A stretch of 64,000 bases of DNA, from positions 8,791 to 72,790 of the forward strand of contig JALOTL010000018.1 of the NCBI GenBank assembly GCA_025457915.1. Direction: 5' to 3'. The position numbers were made by a program, and so were the translations under genes. How positions within the stretch are numbered: position 1 is the stretch's first letter; the number at the start of each line of letters is the position of its first letter. Below are positions 1 to 8,770 of this stretch, piece by piece. The notes under the pieces were generated by a model. That model ran no database searches. It saw nothing but the letters and a program-made list of their open reading frames with translations, and was not told the DNA's origin. This DNA comes from Spirochaetota bacterium. Its GTDB lineage: Bacteria > Spirochaetota > UBA4802 > UBA5550.

Positions 1-375
1 ACGATCAGGAAAAACCTCCTCTTCCAGGCGAAATCGAACACAGCCTATCTCAGCGTCCTTGTGAGGAACGTTGAATATGAATTTAACGGATTATGGATGT
101 GGCTCAGCGGTGGGCTGATTGTAGGCTACTTTTTTGGCATCCCGGCGACGTCCATGACCTACACGGTGGAGATGGAAGCGGCCGTCATGAACCGGCAGGG
201 AAGGGTGCTGAAGACCTACAGCACCGTCGCGGAGGACACGGAATACGCTGCGTTCTACTGGGGCTACTATGACCCTGCGCAGGTCGCGTACACGAAGGCG
301 CTCATCAAGGCATGCGATGGAATCAGGGAACAGTTGACGAAGGACGCGGCGAACATAAACGGGATGATAAAGTAG
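1..375 (+). CDS. hypothetical protein, 5'-truncated at window edge
   Basis: Frame 1 has no stop in bases 1-60 and continues into the listed 61..375 ORF. No recognisable motif. Confidence 0.4.
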   Translation, partial: TIRKNLLFQAKSNTAYLSVLVRNVEYEFNGLWMWLSGGLIVGYFFGIPATSMTYTVEMEAAVMNRQGRVLKTYSTVAEDTEYAAFYWGYYDPAQVAYTKALIKACDGIREQLTKDAANINGMIK

Positions 376-382
376 GATTGGA

Positions 383-823
383 ATGAGGAAGGCCCTGCCG
401 ACATTGATGATACCGATCATGGCGCTCTGCGCGTCATGCGTATCGAGTGATATGGGAATGTTCGGCGGTTCGCTGAAAAAAAGCTATTCGGGCCAGCACT
501 CCACCGTCTCCAGGGAGGTGCCGGACGCGAAGAGGACGGGAAATCAGCAGGCCGTTGCGGACGAGAGGCCGGCGCGCGACGAGAGGCCCGGCGTCGTAGT
601 GGGCAGGGTGCTCGAGGTCAACCGCGCCACGAACGAGATAACGGTACGCCAGAACAGGGACGTCATGATGGGCTCGATAGTGTACGTCATGCTGGACGAC
701 AGGGAGATAATGATGACAGTGACCTTTCCCATGCAGAGCATATTCAAGTGCGTGCTCGCGCCGAACTACCGGAACCGCGCCGCCGAGATAAAGAAGGACA
801 TGACCGTTTTTCTCAAGCAGTAG
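383..823 (+). CDS. hypothetical lipoprotein
   Basis: N-terminal signal with lipobox-like LCASC. Starts 8 nt after the previous stop. Confidence 0.6.
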   Translation: MRKALPTLMIPIMALCASCVSSDMGMFGGSLKKSYSGQHSTVSREVPDAKRTGNQQAVADERPARDERPGVVVGRVLEVNRATNEITVRQNRDVMMGSIVYVMLDDREIMMTVTFPMQSIFKCVLAPNYRNRAAEIKKDMTVFLKQ

Positions 824-922
824 GGATTTAATAAATAGATGCGAAACCGGTCCCGGCGCTTCAATTATGCCGGGATTTTGTTTTTTTGGCGCATGATTAG
901 TTCAGGTGAAAAGGAGAATTTT

Positions 923-1294
923 ATGGCTCAAAGCGGCACGGAAAAAAATATAGAAAAGGTAAACCTGAAGAGCGCGGCCGGCGGCCTCACTGAACTGTTC
1001 CGGTACCTGGAGGTTGGACGGCTGAACGACCACATGCTGAATATCGTGGTCGCGGAAAACCGGACGCTGGATTTTCACGCGCACGAGGATTCGGACGAGA
1101 TGTTCTATATCATCGAGGGGCGGATGCGGATCGATTTTGAGGACCGCGCCGTCGACCTGGCGGAGGGCGATTTCATCATCGTGCCCGGGGGCGTTTCGCA
1201 CAGGCCCGTGTGCACCGTGCCGGTGAAGACGCTTCTGATAGAGAAGGCCGGGACGTTGACTCCGGCCAATACCGGGGGTACTTACCGCCCCTGA
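923..1294 (+). CDS. cupin domain protein
   Basis: Cupin motifs HAHEDSDEMFYIIEG and GDFIIVPGGVSHRP. AAGGAG RBS 6 nt before the ATG at 923; the listed ORF start at 839 is probably too far upstream. Confidence 0.8.
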   Translation: MAQSGTEKNIEKVNLKSAAGGLTELFRYLEVGRLNDHMLNIVVAENRTLDFHAHEDSDEMFYIIEGRMRIDFEDRAVDLAEGDFIIVPGGVSHRPVCTVPVKTLLIEKAGTLTPANTGGTYRP

Positions 1295-1328
1295 CCATAA
1301 GGGCATGTTCAGATCAGGATGATCTAAT

Positions 1329-1364
1329 GTCGACGTTGCACAGGATGTGCAAAAAAACGTCGAC
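1329..1364 (+). terminator. nested hairpin downstream of the cupin gene
   Basis: GTCGACGTT-GCACA-GGA-TGTGC-AAAAA-AACGTCGAC. 9-bp outer and 5-bp inner stems, but no clear U-tract. Confidence 0.4.
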
Positions 1365-1373
1365 TGGAATGCC

Positions 1374-1506
1374 CCCCTCCATCATTTCGAAGGAGCACAG
1401 CGACTGAGAATTTTTAACCATATGCATTTGGAAAGATTTCTCGCTCTGCTCGGGATGACCGGGCGGGGCCGAAACGGTCTTGCGGATACGGAATGCCATT
1501 GGAGGG
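1374..1506 (+). repeat. ~135-nt structured repeat, copy A
   Basis: Near-identical to 1786-1922. Closed by CCCTCC...GGAGGG, with an internal long imperfect hairpin GAGCACAGCGACTGAGAA.. / AAGATTTCTCGCTCTGCTC. Confidence 0.85.
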
Positions 1507-1558
1507 CCCGCCTTTTGCCGTCCATGCATTTTGCCTTGAGCAAGGTCGGGCTCAATTG

Positions 1559-1594
1559 CCCATTTCTTTTGCTGCGCTCCAAAAGAAATGGGCG
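1559..1594 (+). repeat. perfect 14-bp hairpin element
   Basis: GCCCATTTCTTTTG - ctgcgctc - CAAAAGAAATGGGC. A partial second copy with the same lead-in lies at 2796-2833. Confidence 0.85.
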
Positions 1595-1785
1595 AAAGAA
1601 AAGGGCGCTCACTCAGTCGCCGTGAGAGGCTTTAGGCGAAACTCGTCGAATCCGCTCCGCGGAGTTCGACTTCATACAGGTCGCCTTATTAGTTTGTCCG
1701 CTTGTCAGCGGACGTTTATAATATCATCAAATATAAATTGCAAAGAATCATGATAAGTTAGCTTTTTTATAACAATCAGAATGAT

Positions 1786-1922
1786 TCCCTCCTTTGTCAT
1801 CTTGAAGGAGCACAGCGACTGAGAAATCTTAACCATATGCATTTGGAAAGATTTCTCGCTCTGCTCGGAATGACAGGGCGGGGCCGAAACGGTCTTGCGG
1901 ATACGGAATGCCATTGGAGGGA
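1786..1922 (+). repeat. ~135-nt structured repeat, copy B
   Basis: Direct repeat of 1374-1506, ending 44 nt before the GNAT start codon. Confidence 0.85.
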
Positions 1923-1965
1923 TTGCTCAGCCGGTGGAAAATCAATGAAAAAAGCGGGGTGAAAG

Positions 1966-2748
1966 ATGAGAAAACTGGACATGTCCGCGTATCATCCTTA
2001 TGCCGAAATGGGAAAAACCTGCAGGACCAGGGTCATTGAAGAAAAAAAGATCGTCTGGCCTTCGCTTATCCGCACAACATCCGGCGATAAAGCGCTGGTG
2101 ATCAGGGTTCTCGGAAAAAATGACATCGGTACAGCGGCGGAATTATGGAGGATGTCCTATCCCGAGGTATACGGTTCCATCCATGAATGGATACTGTTCC
2201 CGGAGGAATACGAGGGCAGGGTGGCCCTGAAGGAGAACTGGGAAAGCGATTCAAAAGACAGGATGTACGCGATGATACTGGGGGAGGAGGCCGATACAAA
2301 GAAGATCGTCTTCGCGACAATGCTCACCAAGTTCGACATGAACCTCCAGGTGGAGGCCAGCTTCATCGCCATCCATCCGGATTACCGCCAGGGGAAGGGC
2401 GGGGTGCGCATATGGTCGGAGCTCTCCGCTTTTTACGAATGGATGAAGGACACGGGCGCGGAATACATAACGGTTTTCTGCGAGACCTGGCACAATATCA
2501 CCCAGTACATATGGTTCAAGCGGATGGGATGGAAGATAGCCGGCATATTCCCCGGGAGTTATACCCGGTGGTGCGGCGACCGGAATGAATACCGTGGATG
2601 CACGGTGCATTTTTACAGGCTTATAAACGACGGCGGGGCGTATTCCACGAAGCCGGAAGAATGGCAGCTCATCCCGGAGATCAGGAAACTATGGGATTGT
2701 CTTGAAGAGATAAATAAACAGTCGGAAGAAGAGATTTCCGTGGATTGA
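1966..2748 (+). CDS. GNAT-family N-acetyltransferase-like protein
   Basis: 260-aa ORF with a segment IAIHPDYRQGKGGVRIW resembling the acetyl-CoA-binding Q/RxxGxG/A motif. The assignment is moderate. Confidence 0.6.
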   Translation: MRKLDMSAYHPYAEMGKTCRTRVIEEKKIVWPSLIRTTSGDKALVIRVLGKNDIGTAAELWRMSYPEVYGSIHEWILFPEEYEGRVALKENWESDSKDRMYAMILGEEADTKKIVFATMLTKFDMNLQVEASFIAIHPDYRQGKGGVRIWSELSAFYEWMKDTGAEYITVFCETWHNITQYIWFKRMGWKIAGIFPGSYTRWCGDRNEYRGCTVHFYRLINDGGAYSTKPEEWQLIPEIRKLWDCLEEINKQSEEEISVD

Positions 2749-2795
2749 TCGACGCCTGGCGGCGCACGCATTTTGATAATGAGCATTATCGTGGC

Positions 2796-2888
2796 TTAAT
2801 TGCCCATTTCTTTTGCTGCGCTCTAAAAGAAATCTTGATGGTATGCATTGGGAAGGATTTCTTGCTCCGCTCGAAATGACATGATTGG
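2796..2888 (+). repeat. partial copies of the hairpin element and of the right half of the 135-nt repeat
   Basis: TTAATTGCCCATTTCTTTTGCTGCGCTCTAAAAGAAAT is followed by ATGCATTGGGAAGGATTTCTTGCTCCGCTCGAAATGAC. These match the 1553-1590 and 1838-1880 regions. Confidence 0.75.
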
Positions 2889-3040
2889 GTAAAACTTATA
2901 AATTGTATGAAATCATTTCATCAATAATTAACCGAGTTTTGGTGTATAAAAAGAATTTCTGACAGAACCGCTACTGTAATTTTTTCAAAAAAAATAATCC
3001 GGAAATAAATGCAAACATATCCGGCATAAAGGCGGAACAT

Positions 3041-3087
3041 GCCGGAAAGATAGAACTTTAAACGAGGTTGATTCGAGGTTGATTCGA
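3041..3087 (+). repeat. ~45-nt motif with tandem GAGGTTGATTC 11-mers, copy 1
   Basis: GCCGGAAAGATAGAACTTTAAACGAGGTTGATTCGAGGTTGATTCG. A second copy lies at 52818-52863. Confidence 0.8.
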
Positions 3088-3543
3088 AGCGGGTATTCGG
3101 CGACGTGAAGGAGGAATACCAGGGGGTTTGGAAATTTTTTCAAAAAGTGACCGCAGTTCGTTAACGGGAATTGAAAGACGCTACCGGAATGGAATTTTTA
3201 TAAGGGCGGAAGCGACATTAAAATAGTGCTTGATGGATTTGGAATCTATCAGTAATTTGAATCAGAATTCCTGAATGAAATTTTTCATGTATGATATAAA
3301 GGATATATACGCAATACGTGAAATGACCATGGGGAGAAGAATAGGCGTATTACGGGGTTGAAGGAGTTCAGTGCAATCGGCCGGTATAGATTAATTTGAA
3401 CTTATAATTAATGATCAATATGATTTCCATTCGCTATCGGGTAGAGGCATGAGAATAATATTTTTAGAGATTGAAATTGTCATAAATAAAAATAGCAAAA
3501 ACCGCCATGAAATAAATAAAATACGTCAATCAAAGAGGCTGAA

Positions 3544-3936
3544 ATGAAAATCACAAACGGAAAGATAATAATCGCCATCGGCGTAATCCATACCCTGTTC
3601 GGGATATCCCCGCTCGCTTTCGGAAGTCAGTTCGCGGAATTTTCCGGCATGTTCTTTTTCAAGATAAGCGGCGGTGTGTTCGAGTTACCCCTGCTCGGCG
3701 GAACGCCGAATTATGAAACTTTTGCCGCGTTCTGGTATTTTTATTTCGGGCTGCTGCTTTTCCCGCTCGGCTTGCTGCTGGACCATATTGAAAACAATCA
3801 ATCGGCGGTCCCGAAAAAATTCATAATACTGTACACCGCGGTCGTATTGATTGGCGTATACATGCTCCCCTTTTCCGGAATGACCGTATTCATGCTGCCG
3901 CACGCGGTGTACATGCTGATTAAATTCAGAAAATAA
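3544..3936 (+). CDS. small integral membrane protein
   Basis: 130 aa with about four hydrophobic helices. AGAGG RBS before the ATG. Confidence 0.6.
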   Translation: MKITNGKIIIAIGVIHTLFGISPLAFGSQFAEFSGMFFFKISGGVFELPLLGGTPNYETFAAFWYFYFGLLLFPLGLLLDHIENNQSAVPKKFIILYTAVVLIGVYMLPFSGMTVFMLPHAVYMLIKFRK

Positions 3937-3973
3937 ATGAAGCGATGTTCCATATTGCCGGAGGCCGGTTGTC

Positions 3974-4354
3974 ATGAGCGATAATGAAAAAAACATGGTC
4001 CTTTCGTCGATGTTCTTCAAGATCGGGAGCTGCATATTCATGCTTATGGGGCTGGGGCATTTCCTGGGTACGGCGGTCGACGTCTTCACTCCCTTCCTCT
4101 TCACCCCGGTCGACTGCCGCGTGAAAGAGATGATGGCCGGGGCGGCCATCCTGATCACGGACAGGACCACGCTCTGGGACGCCTGGCTTGGCTTCAACCT
4201 GAGCCACGGCCTCGGCGTATTCCTCTTCGGTTTTATATTTCTGTCGCTTGCGCGGAGGGACTACGGCCTCATAACCGGAGAAAGATTCATCCTGCCGTTG
4301 TGCGTTGCGCCGCCGTATTGTTCTGCTACGCCGTTTCCTGCGTCCTCGCAGTGA
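3974..4354 (+). CDS. small integral membrane protein
   Basis: 126 aa with hydrophobic segments. Same strand as, and adjacent to, 3544..3936. Confidence 0.5.
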   Translation: MSDNEKNMVLSSMFFKIGSCIFMLMGLGHFLGTAVDVFTPFLFTPVDCRVKEMMAGAAILITDRTTLWDAWLGFNLSHGLGVFLFGFIFLSLARRDYGLITGERFILPLCVAPPYCSATPFPASSQ

Positions 4355-4757
4355 AGGGTAGATCAGATTGACGGTCTGCGATTCCATGGAAAACGATTAC
4401 AACGAGACCCGCGGCGCCGGCTCGAGGATACTGTCCGCCTTCGTCTCCCTGCCAGACCGACGCCCGGACGTAAAACCGCAGCATTTTCGGCGTTATCCGG
4501 TCACGCTGTTCCGTTATGCCCGTCAATTCAGGAGTGATGTTGCCCGTTCCGGCGCCCAACTGGGCGTTCAGGGTCAAGGGATTGGAAAAAATCATTGTCA
4601 TCTGCCGTGAAGAATGCACAAAGGGGGCGGAAAAAGGAAATTCAGCGGCATATGACGGACCTGGATTGAATGGCAAACGGCCGCGGTCAAACCAGGCGGG
4701 CGGACTGAAGGCCGCTTCCGGCCGTAACGGGTGCTGTTTCAGTATGCTGAATTTTTC

Positions 4758-4787
4758 TTGACACGGGAAATCGCTGAAAACTATAAT
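4758..4787 (+). promoter_or_regulatory. sigma70-like promoter
   Basis: TTGACA - 18 nt - TATAAT, 60 nt upstream of the ATG at 4848. Confidence 0.5.
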
Positions 4788-4847
4788 TTGGAGCTCAATA
4801 TCATTATCTAATGATAAATTAATATTAAGATTCCATTTGGAGGAAAA

Positions 4848-5075
4848 ATGAAAAAGATTTCAATGTTTTCGGCCGCGGTTTTTGCTTTTCTGTTCATCGC
4901 GATGAATGCTTATTCGTCGCCTGATACTGTTGCGGTAAAAGAATGCAAGCCCATCAAGGACAAATGCCTGCAAAGGGGCGATTGCACGAAAGAACAGAAA
5001 ATTGAAAACGACAAAAAATACGATAAATGCTACAATGAAGTGAAGGAAAGAGAAAAGAAAAAGATCAAGAAGTAA
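4848..5075 (+). CDS. small secreted Lys/Cys-rich protein
   Basis: GGAGG RBS, signal peptide MKKISMFSAAVFAFLFIAMNAYS, four Cys and a basic C-terminus. Confidence 0.65.
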   Translation: MKKISMFSAAVFAFLFIAMNAYSSPDTVAVKECKPIKDKCLQRGDCTKEQKIENDKKYDKCYNEVKEREKKKIKK

Positions 5076-5103
5076 CCGCGATTTTTTAATTTAATTACCG
5101 GCG

Positions 5104-5134
5104 GGGGATGGGCGTTTTTATGCGGCCCATCCCC
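5104..5134. terminator. 10-bp GC-rich hairpin
   Basis: GGGGATGGGC - 11 nt - GCCCATCCCC, 29 nt after the stop at 5075. No strong U-tract. Confidence 0.4.
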
Positions 5135-5290
5135 TGCCGTCTGTAATATCCGCTTTCAAATAAAGCCTCCCCGCGACCGGTAAAAACGCCCTTTTTTTAA
5201 AAAAAGGAATGACCTCAAGCGCAAAACGTGGTACAAGCGGTAAGTTGTATCGCCGCCCGGTGCGGCAAACTTTCTTCCGCGAGGCACGCC

Positions 5291-7883
5291 ATGTTGAGGA
5301 AAACCGCCGTTCTTGCACTTGCCGTTTTCATGTCCGTTTCGATGCTGAATTGTTCCAAAAAGACCGCAACGACCAGCGGCTCCGTAGAGGCCGCGTACAA
5401 TGAAATGTACGGGAAAGGGGACGGCGAAAAGATTGATATCTCCGCCCTGATCAAGAAATTATCCGGCTCCGAAATATCGCCTCCGAAGGAGAAAATAAAA
5501 AAGGCCGAGTATTCGATCGATCCCGGCTACAAGAAAGAAAAGCTTTCATTCAAATCCCTCGCCTATACGGGCCCCAAGGCCGGGAAACTCGCGGTGGTCG
5601 GCAAGGACGGCGTGAAGCTTTACAGGGACATCAAAGCGAAGGATGTGGTGGCCGAGATCCCGATCGGGACGGTGATACCCCTGCTTAAAGAAATTAAAAA
5701 CGACAACAAGGCGGACGATTGCCCCGATGTTTTCGTGTTCGATAAAGAGAGAAACTACTGGTACGAGACTGAATTCAAAGGCAGGAAGGGCGTCGTCTTC
5801 GGTTCATTCCTCGTTCTGGGCGCGGATTATGATCCTTACGAATCATCCTATACCTCCGTCGCGGTCGTGAACGACGAGCTGGGCGTCAAACACGGGGACA
5901 GCGATGTCGAGAAGTTCGTGAAGCTGGGATACTATTACACGAAGCCGGTGAAATCGGATACCTTCGTCGATTTCAACGGACGCATGAACATCAGCAGGGA
6001 ATCGCAGGCGTCCCTCGTAAAGAACAGGATAGCGCTCGAGAAGGTGGGCTACGGCGAGTATGAAAAGTTTATGGGCATCGGTTACGGCACCAGCGGTCCG
6101 GACGACATGGTCGCGCTGTACGGCATGATGCACAACGACAGGACCGCCGCGACCTTCATTTCCACTGACCTTTTCGTGCATTCCCTTCATCTGATCTTCG
6201 ACCGCATGCTCCAGGATACGGAATCGAAGAGACTGCTCCCGGTCCTGCGGGTGCTGACAAGGGTTTATTATGATAAACTGAACGAACTGTCGAAGGACGG
6301 CAAAAAAACCGGGAAAACCTACCAGGAAACCGTGGCGCAGATGAAGAAATTTTTTCTCATAGCCGGGGACCTGCTGAACGTACAGCTGGCCCCGCGGTCT
6401 TCATATCCGGCCGACGTTTCCGCTGAAATTAGCCTGATCACGTCCGCGTCCGGTTTTTCCGACTCGCCGCTCTTCAGGTACAGGGAGGACTACTCGCAGT
6501 TCAAGCCGAGGGGCCATTACACCAAGAGCGAGGAACTGAAGCGGTACTTCAGGGCGATGATGTGGTTCGGCAGGCTGCATTTTTACTGCGTAAGCAGACA
6601 TCCGGACAGGAAGATAATAGAGAATTCCATAAAACTGACCGGGGCTTCGCTTCTGCTCACGAAGATAGCGAAGGAGAACACCGACATCCTCGCGGCATGG
6701 CGCGCCCTGTCGGTTCCGATCGGCTATATAGTCGGAGAGTCCGACGATTACACGATCGATCAGTTCATCTCGATATCGGACGACGTCGATTTCGACAGGT
6801 TCGACAGATGGATCGAAGACGGAAAGAACATACAGACATTTATCAAAAAGGCCAACGAGAAGCTGAAGCCGCCCGCGATCTCGGGCAACACGCTCATGCA
6901 GAACAGGGTATTCAGCAGGAACAGCGCAGTTACGCCGGCGGGATTCAGGTTCATGGGACAGAGGTTCACGATAGATTCGTTCGTGCACCAGGTGCTTTCC
7001 AGCCCGAGGCTTTTCGGCAGGTCCATGGTAAAGGGGCTTGACGTGATGGGGGCCTTCGGCAGCAGGCCGGCTGACAGGCTCCTGAAAAAGGAGATGAAAC
7101 AATACCCCGGGTACAAGGCGAATTACGACGAGGTCAGAAAAGCGATCAATAAATATGACGACTACGGCTGGGAAAAGACCTTTTACAACAGCTATCTTAA
7201 AATAGTCAGGGAGATCTCATGTTTCGATTCGTCCATGCCGTTCTATTTCACGCTGAATGACGCCTGGGACAGGAAGACCCTGCTCACGGCCCACGCGTCA
7301 TGGGCGGAGCTGCGCCATGACACCATTCTCTACGTCAAGCAGAGCTATTCGGAAATGGCCGGCCCGGGGCCCTGCAAGACCTTCAGCGTCGAAAAGTTCA
7401 AAAGACCGATAGGATATATCGAGCCGAATCTGGGCGCCCTTTACTGGATGCAGTACATACTCAAAGCCGGGGCCGGCGTCCGATATCGCCGAATGCGAGG
7501 CCGCGGACAGGAAGATCAGCGACAGCCAGAACGAGTTCATATATTCGATACCCTACGTGTTGTCGAACATAGTGATGCCGACCGGCGGCAATATCGTCGA
7601 CAGGGAGGAGCTGAAAATGGCGCTCATAGCCGACGTTCATACAGACTCGCAAAACGGCCAGGTCCTCGAGGTGGGGACGGGCATACCGTATCGGATGCAT
7701 GTCGCGCTGAACGACGGACAAGGCGGCAGGAGGATAGCGACGGGATACGTTTTCAGCTACTATGAGTTCGCGCAGCCCATGTCGAACCGTTTGAATGACG
7801 ATGAATGGAAGAAAAAGGTGTATTCGGGCGATGCGAAAACCGACGATCTGACGCCGGACTGGGCGAAGGATATTCTGCCCTGA
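5291..7883 (+). pseudogene. DUF3160-family lipoprotein interrupted by a +1 frameshift near 7465-7480
   Basis: Lipoprotein start MLRKTAVLALAVFMSVSMLNCS, and a DUF3160-like body (FKPRGHYTKSEELKRYFRAMMWFGR). After ..LYWMQYILKAG the frame-2 translation becomes Arg-rich nonsense. Frame 3, open from 7413, continues with a plausible C-terminus (..GYVFSYYEFAQPMSNRLNDDEW..) to the stop at 7883. Confidence 0.7.
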
Positions 7884-7888
7884 CCGGG

Positions 7889-8770
7889 ATGAGGATGACC
7901 GGGATGAGGATGCGGTATATTTTTTCGGCCGCGCTGATATTTATCCTGCTCTCATGCGGCTGCAGGAAAGGAGACGAATCGGAGCGCTACCTGAACACGA
8001 CCGTGGCGTCTGAGGTGCAGGCACGGGACCTGACGACGATAAAGGCCCTGCCCGCTGGGGTTTTCGTGAGACCGGCTTCGAATATCCGTCCCTTCGGCGG
8101 GACCGTAAGCCACCACCTCCTCTGTTCTCCCGTCATAAATGAGTGGTTTTTTAATCTCAAAAAGCTCAGGGACGTGGGGACCTTCATCATCATCAGCCCG
8201 AATCACGGCAGGCTGGGGCGCGGCGCGGTCTCATTGACGGAGCGGGACTGGAACACCGCGGGAAAAATTACAAGGACAAACAGGAAACTGGCCGGTGAGA
8301 TTCTCCGGGACCTGGAGATCGGCATGGACGACGGCGCGTTTGTAAATGAACACGGGGTGGAGGCGCTTCTGCCGTTTATAAACGGGTATTTCCCGGACTC
8401 GGACGTCGTTCCGGTCCTCCTCGACGAGAAGCAAAGGCACATGCCCCTTCTCATGAAATTGTCGGAAACCCTGCACCGGATGATGAAGAACGACCGGAGT
8501 ATTTTTCTTTTGATTTCCGTCGACTTTTCGCACAGGGGCGACAGGGCCGTCACGGAGAGAAACGACGGGGGATCATATGAGGCGCTGAAGGCGATGGGGA
8601 AGGGGAAAAGGATCGTGTCGGACAACAACGGCGGGCTCATGGTCATGTTCGACATATGCGGAAAGATGAATATAGAAAATACCTATGTATTCTGCCATAC
8701 CGATTCCGAAAAGTTCGCACCCGGCATCGGCTATGACATCACAAGCTACTTCTTTACCTTCCAGTATTGA
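7889..8770 (+). CDS. Memo-like protein (AmmeMemoRadiSam system protein B family) with lipoprotein signal
   Basis: Motifs GGTVSHHLL, IISPNHG, NEHGVEALLPFI and VDFSH. N-terminus MRYIFSAALIFILLSCGC. Four in-frame ATGs at 7889-7912, so the start is ambiguous. Confidence 0.65.
   Translation: MRMTGMRMRYIFSAALIFILLSCGCRKGDESERYLNTTVASEVQARDLTTIKALPAGVFVRPASNIRPFGGTVSHHLLCSPVINEWFFNLKKLRDVGTFIIISPNHGRLGRGAVSLTERDWNTAGKITRTNRKLAGEILRDLEIGMDDGAFVNEHGVEALLPFINGYFPDSDVVPVLLDEKQRHMPLLMKLSETLHRMMKNDRSIFLLISVDFSHRGDRAVTERNDGGSYEALKAMGKGKRIVSDNNGGLMVMFDICGKMNIENTYVFCHTDSEKFAPGIGYDITSYFFTFQY

Noticed and set aside
1295-2890. Canonical integron attC sites and an integrase
   Set aside because: No intI-like gene is in the window, and I could not find RYYYAAC / GTTRRRY core pairs at the repeat ends. 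The cassette idea is kept only as a testable hypothesis in the findings.
4326-4676. 116-aa minus-strand ORF and the overlapping 80-aa plus-strand ORF 4368..4610
   Set aside because: Neither has an RBS, a signal or a recognisable motif. The minus-strand ORF overlaps the end of the 3974..4354 gene. I left this 490-nt stretch unannotated rather than guess.
5228-7765. The 845-aa ORF as listed, with start at 5228 and C-terminus to 7765
   Set aside because: The first 21 codons precede a much better lipoprotein start at 5291. The last ~95 codons are out-of-frame nonsense after the frameshift near 7470, and the real C-terminus is in frame 3, ending at 7883.
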